DNA from: a virus
Length of the DNA: 35,563 nt
IMG/VR virus record: IMGVR_UViG_3300045988_077109
Direction: 5' to 3' (one strand)
In this document: positions 6,605 to 13,880 of the stretch, piece by piece
Numbering within the stretch: the first letter of the stretch is position 1
How the letters are laid out: each line of letters opens with the position of its first letter
Notes under the pieces: model-generated
Told to the model about the DNA's origin: nothing
The model's input: the letters and a program-made list of their open reading frames with translations, nothing else
The model's database searches: none
Made by a program: the position numbers and the translations under genes

Positions 6605-6662
6605 TGCCGGTAGTTAAAGTATAGGAGAATCTGATGAAAAGGGCAACAGGAAAGAAAGAGGT
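6605..6662. repeat. copy B of the duplicated intergenic promoter module
   Basis: Identical 22-mer at 6610..6631. The flanks match 5713..5770 at roughly three quarters of positions, aligned by eye. Confidence 0.85.
6618..6646 (-). promoter_or_regulatory. leftward sigma-70 promoter of the YjcQ-like gene
   Basis: On the minus strand: TTGCCC (6646..6641), 17-nt spacer, TATACT (6623..6618). Confidence 0.6.
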
Positions 6663-6668
6663 GATGAA

Positions 6669-7400
6669 ATGCAGGAATTGTTGAAAATTAGTTATGAAGC
6701 AGAAAATCCGACTGTTTCAGCAAGAGAGTTGCATGATCAGCTGAATATCGGGACCAAGTTCACAACATGGTTTCAGAGAATGACAGAATATGGATTTTCT
6801 GAAAATACAGACTACAAAACTTGCTACCCAAATTTGGGAAGCGAGAACCACGGTGGACAGAACATGGTTGACTATCAGATATCTGTGGATATGGCAAAAG
6901 AGATTTGTATGATCCAGCGATCACCGGAAGGCAAACAGATTCGCCAATACTTTATAGATCTGGAGAAAGCCTGGAACACACCGGAACAGATTTTCGCTAG
7001 GGCGTTAAAGATGGCAGATAAGACCATCGAAGAGCTGAAGCACAACAATGCACTCCTTTTGGAAGACAATGTCCGGATGAAACCGAAAGAAGTATTTGCG
7101 GATGCGGTAGCAACAAGCCAGAGCACAATCCTGATTGCGGATCTCGCAAAGCTCCTGAAGCAGAATGGCGTGGATACCGGTCCGAAGAGACTCTTTGAGT
7201 GGCTGCGTGCGAATGGTTATCTGATCCGGAGGAAAGGAACAGACTACAATATGCCAACGCAGAAGTCAATGGAGCTGCAGCTGTTCCAGGTAAAAGAGTC
7301 TACGGTAAATAATCCGGATGGATCCGTGAGAATCAATAAAACTACAAAGGTTACAGGCAAAGGTCAGCAATATTTTATCAATAAGTTTTTAAAAGAGTAG
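6669..7400 (+). CDS. ant: phage antirepressor (AntA N-terminal domain plus KilAC C-terminal domain), 243 aa
   Basis: N-terminus SARELHDQLNIGTKFTTWFQRMTEYGF...DMAKEICMIQRSPEGKQIRQYFIDLE is AntA-like. C-terminus FADAVATSQSTILIADLAKLLKQNGVDTGPKRLFEWLRANGYL is KilAC-like. Confidence 0.88.
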   Translation: MQELLKISYEAENPTVSARELHDQLNIGTKFTTWFQRMTEYGFSENTDYKTCYPNLGSENHGGQNMVDYQISVDMAKEICMIQRSPEGKQIRQYFIDLEKAWNTPEQIFARALKMADKTIEELKHNNALLLEDNVRMKPKEVFADAVATSQSTILIADLAKLLKQNGVDTGPKRLFEWLRANGYLIRRKGTDYNMPTQKSMELQLFQVKESTVNNPDGSVRINKTTKVTGKGQQYFINKFLKE

Positions 7401-7459
7401 GCGAGGACAAAGTAAGAAGGACAATCTGGACAGCATAGCATAAAAAGAGGTGATGATAG

Positions 7460-7612
7460 ATGATTGTTGAAACCATGCAGATCGGTAATGCGACAATACG
7501 TGTGCATGATGATTATTTTGAGAATACCAAGGAAGAAATGCAGCAATGCGCAGATGGATTTTTCAGAGTTCTGATCGAAGCTGCAGAGAGAAAAAAGGAG
7601 AAAACCGCGTAA
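7460..7612 (+). CDS. hypothetical small protein (50 aa)
   Basis: ORF below the track cutoff. aagaggtg lies 8 nt upstream of ATG 7460. MIVETMQIGNATIRVHDDYFENTKEEMQQCADGFFRVLIEAAERKKEKTA, TAA 7610..7612. Confidence 0.55.
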   Translation: MIVETMQIGNATIRVHDDYFENTKEEMQQCADGFFRVLIEAAERKKEKTA

Positions 7613-7648
7613 GCGGTACCGGTTGGACAAGCAAAGGAGGGATAAGAG

Positions 7649-7885
7649 ATGTTTTACAAGATTGCAAAGATATTAAGCAAAACAGCGATTGTATTTGGAT
7701 TTATGTGCATGGTTGGTGGGTGCTCGGAAAAGAGTCAGGAATTGTTTTACTTGTATGAGGCACTGGGAATCGTTACATTCGCCGCCGGAGCATTTGCACT
7801 GGAATATTTCCGGATACGGGAATGGCAGTACCGGAAAAGGAAAATAAGGGAGGCGAAGGAGCATGCCAGAAGAGAAGCAGCGTAA
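7649..7885 (+). CDS. small membrane protein / putative lipoprotein (78 aa)
   Basis: SD aaaggaggg is upstream. The signal-like N-terminus carries the lipobox MVGGC. A second hydrophobic helix (ALGIVTFAAGAFAL) and a basic tail follow. Confidence 0.65.
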   Translation: MFYKIAKILSKTAIVFGFMCMVGGCSEKSQELFYLYEALGIVTFAAGAFALEYFRIREWQYRKRKIREAKEHARREAA

Positions 7886-8051
7886 GAGCATCCGAGTGGG
7901 AGAGATCGACAAGATGATCGAAACACTTGAATCGCTGGAAAGAGTAGACAAGACTGCAGATTACCACAAACGGATGGCGATAGCATATTTAAAGAATTTT
8001 GCAGATTGCCTGGATGATAAAGGCGTAAAAACAATAAAAGTGCAAGGATAA
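7863..8051 (+). CDS. hypothetical protein (62 aa)
   Basis: Track ORF with agggagg 9 nt upstream. It overlaps the previous gene by 23 nt. No family recognised. Confidence 0.45.
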   Translation: MPEEKQRKSIRVGEIDKMIETLESLERVDKTADYHKRMAIAYLKNFADCLDDKGVKTIKVQG

Positions 8052-8064
8052 AGGAGGACAAGCA

Positions 8065-8421
8065 GTGAAAACGGTAAAAGTAACACCGGATAACATTATT
8101 TCAGCAATAGATGTAAATTTTGATGATTTTCGTGATCTGCAGAAAGCAGTAGGCGGGCATTTTGAAATCGTAAGCACGAAAACCTTATATGAGACATTTA
8201 AGATGCCTATGATCATGTTAGTGGATGAGGACGGAATAATGAAGCAGAAAGAAGTCAACCGCCTTGGATCATACTTTTATGATGCAGACAGGCACGGATG
8301 GCCAATCTTAGGAGACGTGGTATTTGCAATTGCAGCCGGAGAAGATATTGAAGCACCGGATGATGCGGAAGCTCTGATGGTATTCCTGAAAACGAATTTT
8401 TCATATTTGAAAGAAGAATAA
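8065..8421 (+). CDS. DUF3846-like protein (118 aa)
   Basis: GTG start 8 nt after aaaggagg. VKVTPDNIISAIDVNFDDFRDLQKAVGGHFEIV...MLVDEDG...GDVVF fits the DUF3846 pattern common in phages and ICEs (from memory). Confidence 0.75.
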   Translation: MKTVKVTPDNIISAIDVNFDDFRDLQKAVGGHFEIVSTKTLYETFKMPMIMLVDEDGIMKQKEVNRLGSYFYDADRHGWPILGDVVFAIAAGEDIEAPDDAEALMVFLKTNFSYLKEE

Positions 8422-8425
8422 AAAA

Positions 8426-8452
8426 CGCTTGCGAAAAGAAATATCGCAAGCG
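8426..8452. other. stem-loop 1 upstream of rep
   Basis: cgcttgcga (8426..8434) pairs with tcgcaagcg (8444..8452), with a 9-nt loop. An A-run precedes it and no T-run follows on the plus strand. Confidence 0.6.
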
Positions 8453-8462
8453 CCGCAACCAT

Positions 8463-8503
8463 AAAGGTACACGAATAATCTAAGCACTTATAGTGTACCT
8501 TTT
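8463..8503 (+). terminator. stem-loop 2, probable terminator of the ant operon
   Basis: aaaggtacac (8463..8472) pairs with gtgtaccttt (8493..8502), with a 20-nt loop. The T-run is partly inside the stem (cctttt). Confidence 0.45.
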
Positions 8504-8528
8504 AGCGGCTGGAAAGTCAAGTATTTAC

Positions 8529-8546
8529 AGGGCGACTGCCCTTTTT
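8529..8546 (+). terminator. stem-loop 3, short GC hairpin plus T5
   Basis: agggc (8529..8533), loop gact, gccct (8538..8542), then ttttt (8542..8546). Confidence 0.4.
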
Positions 8547-8585
8547 AATAACTTGATAAGACTATTAAAGTTATGAGGACACGCT

Positions 8586-9422
8586 ATGAGAATCAGACGA
8601 GTGACATACGATTTGGGAAATGTAATAGAGAGACAGGAATATCTGGATGGAAGATATGGAGCACCGGGAGAGAAGAGAGCCAAGAAGAAGAAGGCCACAC
8701 CGGAGGAAGTGGAGCAGGTCAACCAATGGACCAAGGAGAGGAAAGCACGTCACAGACTCCGGATGTATTTCAAAGTAAATGATTACTTTTTCACACTCAC
8801 ATATCCGAAAGAAGAACGTCCGCCGGACATGAAGCAGGCAAAGCAGGATTTCAAAGAGTTTTACCTGTTCTGCAAGAAGGAATACAAGAAAAGAGGACAG
8901 GAGCTCCGCTGGATCCGCAATATTGAATGTACCCCGTCCGGTAACTGGCACATCCATGTGGTTCTGAATCGAATCCCGGATACAGATTTGATCATAGCTG
9001 CAGCCTGGAAACACGGAAAGGTTCGTAATAAGCAGTTGCTCTATGAGAAAGGCGAGTTCCGGAAGCTGGCGCAATATGTTACCAAAAACGAGAAAACCCA
9101 AAAAAAATATGTGGATGAGGGCGTACTGGATCATGAGATTGCAGAAGCCAATTTTTCTACGTCTCGAAACATGCCGCTTCCAGAACCCAAAACAAAGATT
9201 TTATACCGGTGGCCGAAAGAACCGAAACCACCAAAGGGATATTACATAGTCAAGGATTCTTTTTACGAAGGGATCAACAAAGCAACCGGATTCCCGTACA
9301 GACACTACGAAATGATCCGGATAAGGAGAGAAGATGAAGATAGAACTATACACAGAAGTAAACTTCCGGGGACCAACCGCAAAAAACGGAAAGTGTATCG
9401 CTCTGGTGGAGTGCGAGACTAA
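8586..9422 (+). CDS. rep: HUH-superfamily rolling-circle replication initiator (278 aa)
   Basis: Three RCR motifs occur in the canonical order: FFTLTY (motif 1), WHIHVVL (HUH, motif 2) and LAQYVTKNE (catalytic Tyr, motif 3). The basic N-terminus is GAPGEKRAKKKK. SD gagga is upstream. Confidence 0.8.
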   Translation: MRIRRVTYDLGNVIERQEYLDGRYGAPGEKRAKKKKATPEEVEQVNQWTKERKARHRLRMYFKVNDYFFTLTYPKEERPPDMKQAKQDFKEFYLFCKKEYKKRGQELRWIRNIECTPSGNWHIHVVLNRIPDTDLIIAAAWKHGKVRNKQLLYEKGEFRKLAQYVTKNEKTQKKYVDEGVLDHEIAEANFSTSRNMPLPEPKTKILYRWPKEPKPPKGYYIVKDSFYEGINKATGFPYRHYEMIRIRREDEDRTIHRSKLPGTNRKKRKVYRSGGVRD

Positions 9423-9768
9423 GAAAGGACCGGCGGTGAAAGCGCAGATCGAGACCGAACAGAACACGACCTACCACAGAATGAGCATGATCGCGATCCT
9501 TGTCGGTCTGAGAATGCTCCGGTCGTGTGAAGTGACTGTCTACACGCCGGATCAGTTCCTGGTCACAACCATAAACGAAGGAAACATGGACAAATGGAAA
9601 CGGGAAGAGTGGCGCAGACCACATGGAAAAGAGATCAAGAACAAAGAGCTCTGGCAGGAGCTGTCAGAGCAGATGGAAAAACATCGTGTAAGCTTAGAGT
9701 TTTCTGAGTCTACGCGGTATTCCGATAGACTACAGTCTAAAATGCGGGAAAAGGAAGAAAAACAATGA
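9334..9768 (+). CDS. RNase H-like protein with a degenerate active site (144 aa)
   Basis: SD aaggag lies 6 nt upstream of ATG 9334. MKIELYTEVNF..., TTYHRMSMIAILVGL, CEVTVYTPDQF and KNKELWQEL align by eye with the E. coli RNase HI blocks EIFTDGSC, TNNRMELMAAIVAL, VILSTDSQY and KNVDLWQRL. However, the first Asp is Glu and the Glu of RMEL is Ser. Confidence 0.7.
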   Translation: MKIELYTEVNFRGPTAKNGKCIALVECETKKGPAVKAQIETEQNTTYHRMSMIAILVGLRMLRSCEVTVYTPDQFLVTTINEGNMDKWKREEWRRPHGKEIKNKELWQELSEQMEKHRVSLEFSESTRYSDRLQSKMREKEEKQ

Positions 9769-10040
9769 AATATAGGCAATGGAAAAAGAATTACAAGAAA
9801 AAGTATGGAGCAAATCCTCCGTTCGAGCTGGATAAACGAAAACAACAGCGGTATGCAAGGAAAATGGCGAGGCAGATAAATATAACATTGCCGACAATGA
9901 TGGAGACGTTAACAAAAGAGATTGACGGATGGATGAAAAGCCTAAAATCAGCACTTATCACGATGTGCGATAGTATGGCAATAACGCTTAATGATATAGC
10001 AGGACGTTTAAGAGAAGAAAGGGAGAAAAAAATAAAATGA
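9765..10040 (+). CDS. hypothetical protein (91 aa)
   Basis: ATGA start/stop overlaps with both neighbouring genes. Basic N-terminus. No family recognised. Confidence 0.6.
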   Translation: MKYRQWKKNYKKKYGANPPFELDKRKQQRYARKMARQINITLPTMMETLTKEIDGWMKSLKSALITMCDSMAITLNDIAGRLREEREKKIK

Positions 10041-11392
10041 TAACCAGTGGAATAACGAATATCAACGCCAAGCTGATTCACCAGCATCCGGATAACCCAC
10101 GAAAAGACCTGGGTGATCTGACGGAGCTGAGTGAGTCAATCAAGAAGAAAGGAATTATGCAGAACCTTACGGTCGTTCCGGGGCACTGGGATGAAAACCG
10201 GGCACACCATGAAGAAGGATACACGCTGATCATCGGGCACCGCCGGTTCGCTGCCGGAAAAATGGCAGGCGTAACTATGTATCCGTGCCGGATCGTGCAG
10301 GACATGAGCTATAAAGACCAGGTCGGAACCATGCTGGAAGAGAATATGCAGCGCATCGATCTGACGGTCCTGGAACAGGCGGAAGGCTTCCAGATGATGC
10401 TTAACCTTGGAGATACGGAAGAACAGATTGCGGAAAAGACCGGATTCTCCAGGACAACCGTGCGCCGGAGGCTGGAGATTGCGAAGCTTGACCGGGATCT
10501 GGTGAAGGAAAAGACGGATGAAGACGGGGGATATCAGCTGAATCTAAAAGATCTTGCTGAACTGTCGAGAATTGAAGATGTTGAAACAAGAAACAGAATA
10601 TTGAAAGATGCTGCAGACTCAAGACAGATTAAGTGGAAAGTAGAAGCGGAGATTAAAAACAAAGAGAGGGAGAAGAACAAAAAGATTATTGTTGAGCTTC
10701 TGGAGGAAGCAGGAATCAAGAAAGCCACAAAGGAGATAGAAAAAAAGAAGTATACGGCAGAGCTGAAAGATGTAAAAACGTTCAGCCTGGATAAAGAACC
10801 ACCAAAGAGAATAAATATCCGCGGAAAAGAACTGTATTATCTGGATGGTTGGAATGGGATTGATGTAGTGGAAAAACTCCCGAAATCAGAAAAGGTTGAA
10901 ACGGAATGGGACAGGCAGAGAAAAAAGACAAAGCAGTTGAAAGCTTTACAGAAAAAAATGAATGAAAGAAAAAAAGAATTCATCCGGACAATAGCAGACG
11001 GAAAAATCGAACTGTTAAAAGATGAGGAACGCCAGAAAATCATTGAAAAGATGATTCGGAACATGATGGAGAAGTCCTGTTGGTTAGGAAATGGAATGGT
11101 TCTAAAATTTTTTACCGGGAAAAGCCTGTATGATGCGGATGAGAAAGAAAAGGAAGAAGCAGAAGAAAAAATACAAACACTGGATACGCAGGTGTTGCTC
11201 CTGATTGCAATGAACAACATGATGGATGATTATACCGGGGATTTAGTAGAGTATTCCGGAGAATACAAAGAGGATGCCGGAAAGAGATACCAGGAATGCT
11301 TCAAAATCTTAATGCGTTATGGCTGGAGTTATGAAAGAGAAGAGGCGGATTTAGTTTACGGCAACCATGAGCTATACAAAAAGGAGTCCTAA
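10037..11392 (+). CDS. ParB/Srx-fold N-terminal domain protein with HTH and a long Lys/Glu-rich C-terminal region (451 aa)
   Basis: IHQHPDNPRKDLGDLTELSESIKKKGIMQNLTVV...LIIGHRRFAAGKMAG is a ParB N-terminal box with the GxRR motif. EEQIAEKTGFSRTTVRRRLEIAKL is an HTH. Confidence 0.85.
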   Translation: MITSGITNINAKLIHQHPDNPRKDLGDLTELSESIKKKGIMQNLTVVPGHWDENRAHHEEGYTLIIGHRRFAAGKMAGVTMYPCRIVQDMSYKDQVGTMLEENMQRIDLTVLEQAEGFQMMLNLGDTEEQIAEKTGFSRTTVRRRLEIAKLDRDLVKEKTDEDGGYQLNLKDLAELSRIEDVETRNRILKDAADSRQIKWKVEAEIKNKEREKNKKIIVELLEEAGIKKATKEIEKKKYTAELKDVKTFSLDKEPPKRINIRGKELYYLDGWNGIDVVEKLPKSEKVETEWDRQRKKTKQLKALQKKMNERKKEFIRTIADGKIELLKDEERQKIIEKMIRNMMEKSCWLGNGMVLKFFTGKSLYDADEKEKEEAEEKIQTLDTQVLLLIAMNNMMDDYTGDLVEYSGEYKEDAGKRYQECFKILMRYGWSYEREEADLVYGNHELYKKES

Positions 11393-11393
11393 G

Positions 11394-11672
11394 ATGGAGC
11401 AGTTAAGCGTAGAAGACTGGAAACCGGATGCCTGCCCGAAAAATATAACTGTAGAAGAATATCTGGCCACATTTCCCAAAATCAAATTAACCCGCCGGGA
11501 ATATCTCCAGACACTTCCCTTGTATCATGCAGCTCTGTACCTTGCAGAGACAACCCAAAAAGTACACAGTTCACAGGAATGGTATCTGTATTTAAACGAA
11601 AAAGTAGATCAAAACGGGGAGGTGTTATCTGATGAATATGATGTTTCCGAAACCAACCAAAAAGAAACGTAA
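11394..11672 (+). CDS. hypothetical protein (92 aa)
   Basis: Internal ATG 11394 of track ORF 11367..11672, with aaggag 6 nt upstream. It starts 2 nt after the ParB-like stop. Confidence 0.6.
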   Translation: MEQLSVEDWKPDACPKNITVEEYLATFPKIKLTRREYLQTLPLYHAALYLAETTQKVHSSQEWYLYLNEKVDQNGEVLSDEYDVSETNQKET

Positions 11673-11982
11673 GAAGCACAAAAAAAGCATCATGCAGCCA
11701 AAAGGCGACCGCCGGTGCTACCTGTGCATGTTACTGGATGGAGATTTTACATATAAGCCATATTTGGAAGAGCATCATGTTTTGTTCGGTAATACCCATG
11801 CATTTGCAGAGGCGGAAGGGTTAAAAGTCAATCTCTGCCTGGAACATCATCGGAACGGACCGGCGGCAGTCCATAACAATGCCAAGAACGCGCGGATCCT
11901 GATGGCAAACGCCCAGGAAGTGTACGAAAGAACCCATACAAGGGAAGAATGGATGAAAAACGCCGGAAAGAATTATTTATAG
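11632..11982 (+). CDS. Cys/His-rich putative zinc-dependent nuclease-like protein (116 aa)
   Basis: Basic N-terminus KPTKKKRKKHKK, then CYLC...LEEHHVLFG...GLKVNLCLEHHRNGPAAVHNN. The C-x-x-C...HH...C-x-x-HH arrangement recalls YbcO/NinG-type phage nucleases. The family assignment is uncertain. Confidence 0.65.
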   Translation: MNMMFPKPTKKKRKKHKKSIMQPKGDRRCYLCMLLDGDFTYKPYLEEHHVLFGNTHAFAEAEGLKVNLCLEHHRNGPAAVHNNAKNARILMANAQEVYERTHTREEWMKNAGKNYL

Positions 11983-12024
11983 GCACCACAGGAAGTTAAT
12001 ATATCACAATTTCGCAGAGTGCAT

Positions 12025-12044
12025 GGCTGCCCGGTGCGGCAGCC
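12025..12044 (+). other. GC-rich stem-loop abutting the SD of the DUF4317-like gene
   Basis: ggctgcc (12025..12031) pairs with ggcagcc (12038..12044), with a 6-nt loop. No T-run follows. The SD ggaaaggag starts at 12045. Confidence 0.5.
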
Positions 12045-12057
12045 GGAAAGGAGCGAC

Positions 12058-13176
12058 ATGAAGAAAGAATTATTGGAGTTAAAAAGAACCTTAACGATAG
12101 ATAGGTACAACATCACGAAGATAACCGGCTATATCGTAGACAGTGACCGGAACTGTAGGCTGGATTTTGTAAAAAACTTCTTAAACCTTGAAGAGACAGA
12201 AATATTCAAATATTTGGATATTTTCAAAAAAGTTTTATCCGGTAAGCCAGGAAGAAATATGTTCCAGCTGAATTTTGAAGAGAACACAAGAAAGCAGCAT
12301 CTGACAACTATTACAAAAACAGGGTTAGAGGACAATGATGTGCGACAGATATTCCTAGAAGAGATTGCGGAGTCCGTAAATGTATCAAATAAAGCATACA
12401 CGATGATCCTGATTGCAAGCGGAATCTACGACATTCCTGGAATCGCCACAGATGGAGCAGATCTGAATGAAAGCGAAGAGGTTTATGAGTACATGATCGG
12501 ATGTATCTGCCCGGTAAGCTTATCGGCGGCAGGATTATCTTATAAACCAGAACTGGCAGATATTCAGGAACGTACAAGAGACTGGGTAGTAAGTATGCCG
12601 ACACAAGGATTTTTATATCCGGCATTTACAGATCGCCACGAAGATCCGGAACATATCTGGTACTACAGCAAAGTTCCGGATAAACCGGACGCAGGCCTGA
12701 TCACGCAGACACTCCGATGCGGGATGCCATCCACACCAAAAGAGCAAAAAGAAGCTTTTAGGGAAGGGTTAAATGCAGCAGACGGAAAAGTAAGCCTGGA
12801 ACAGGCGAAAGATATTTATCATTACCTTGGAAGAATCCGTGAAATAAAAGCAGAATCCAACAACCGGATATTAAAAGGCGCGGAGCTGGAAAACGTATTA
12901 AAAAGCATCGGGATAGATCCGGAACTGGCAGCAGAAAAAACAAAAGACTGTGACGCGGCTGAAATCGATGCGGACAACACAGTGAGCACGAAAACATTTG
13001 AAATTGGACTTTCAGATGCACATGTATCGGTAAGCGCAGACAGAACAGACCTCGTTACATTAGAAGTAATTAACGGGGAGAAATACATTCTGGTAAAAGC
13101 GGACGGAGACATAAATGCAAATGGAATCATTTTAGAGAACCGGGAGGGTGAGAAAGATGAAGAGGAAGACGACTAA
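12058..13176 (+). CDS. DUF4317-like protein (372 aa)
   Basis: Internal ATG 12058 of track ORF 12019..13176, preceded by aaaggag. MKKELLELKRTLTIDRYNITKITGYIVD...FLNLEETEIFKYLDIFKKVLSGKPGRNMFQLNF matches the N-terminal pattern I recall for DUF4317. The tail is acidic. Confidence 0.75.
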   Translation: MKKELLELKRTLTIDRYNITKITGYIVDSDRNCRLDFVKNFLNLEETEIFKYLDIFKKVLSGKPGRNMFQLNFEENTRKQHLTTITKTGLEDNDVRQIFLEEIAESVNVSNKAYTMILIASGIYDIPGIATDGADLNESEEVYEYMIGCICPVSLSAAGLSYKPELADIQERTRDWVVSMPTQGFLYPAFTDRHEDPEHIWYYSKVPDKPDAGLITQTLRCGMPSTPKEQKEAFREGLNAADGKVSLEQAKDIYHYLGRIREIKAESNNRILKGAELENVLKSIGIDPELAAEKTKDCDAAEIDADNTVSTKTFEIGLSDAHVSVSADRTDLVTLEVINGEKYILVKADGDINANGIILENREGEKDEEEDD

Positions 13177-13255
13177 ACCCGGCAATATGCGGGCGTTCAT
13201 ATACTCGGTAAGCAAGAAAATGCGCAAGGTAAGACTGAAAGGAACAAAAAAATGA
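13157..13255 (+). CDS. possible 32-aa highly basic peptide
   Basis: ATG 13157 follows gggagggtg. MKRKTTKPGNMRAFIYSVSKKMRKVRLKGTKK. Its TGA overlaps the next ATG as ATGA (13252..13255). It is not in the track. Confidence 0.3.
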   Translation: MKRKTTKPGNMRAFIYSVSKKMRKVRLKGTKK

Positions 13256-13473
13256 AAGTTGGAGACAAAGTACAGTTAAGGCGCAGGATCTCCCAGAAGG
13301 GAGGTAAAACCAGACTCGCTACGGAAAAAGTCACGATTCTTGGAATCTATCCGCACCATGTGCAGGTCAGAAACCAGAAAGGGATTGTGAGGAGCTATAT
13401 AAACTGGGAGTGGCAGCAGTTGACCAGTAAAGAAGGAATGGAAGGCGTGGAATCATGGCGCAGGAAGGGGTAA
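13252..13473 (+). CDS. hypothetical protein (73 aa)
   Basis: Track ORF in a tightly packed same-strand operon. No family recognised. Confidence 0.6.
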   Translation: MKVGDKVQLRRRISQKGGKTRLATEKVTILGIYPHHVQVRNQKGIVRSYINWEWQQLTSKEGMEGVESWRRKG

Positions 13474-13475
13474 CA

Positions 13476-13880
13476 ATGGATAGATTGACAGAATGGATTG
13501 GCGAAGGAGAAGACCGACACGCTATACCAAGAATGGATTTGAGAAAAAACGGACACCAGGCGTGCTGTAATAAGCTGGCAGAATATGAGGATTTAGAAGA
13601 GACTGGAATGATCTCGAAATGGATTCCGGTGAAATGGCATGTGATATTGGATGCCGAACGGGAAGAGGAAGGAATCCCGGATGATATAGTCTATTATCTG
13701 GACTGCCCGATGCCGGAAGATGGTGAAGAAATAATAGTAACAGACGGAAAAAGGGTATGGACCGATGAGAACAGCATAGATATTGTAGGGCATTACTTGG
13801 AAAGTGGAAATGATTGGAAAGATATAAAAGCATGGATGCCACTTCCAAAACCATACAAGAAAGGCGGCAACAATGACTGA
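13476..13880 (+). CDS. DUF551-type protein, paralogue 1 (134 aa)
   Basis: Internal ATG 13476 follows aggaagggg. It carries KWIPV... and the C-terminal AWMPLPKPYK motif shared with 14370, 14725 and 15585. Confidence 0.75.
   Translation: MDRLTEWIGEGEDRHAIPRMDLRKNGHQACCNKLAEYEDLEETGMISKWIPVKWHVILDAEREEEGIPDDIVYYLDCPMPEDGEEIIVTDGKRVWTDENSIDIVGHYLESGNDWKDIKAWMPLPKPYKKGGNND

Noticed and set aside
8426-8452. Perfect 9-bp hairpin read as the plus-strand terminator of the ant operon
   Set aside because: No T-run follows it on the plus strand. The A-run before it would suit only a leftward transcript, and there is no leftward gene to its right. I keep it as an unexplained stem-loop and possible origin element instead.
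8571-9134. 187-aa minus-strand ORF
   Set aside because: It is antisense to the Rep gene, which carries all three HUH motifs. The translation is Leu/Phe-rich with no recognisable domain, and it is isolated in a long rightward operon.
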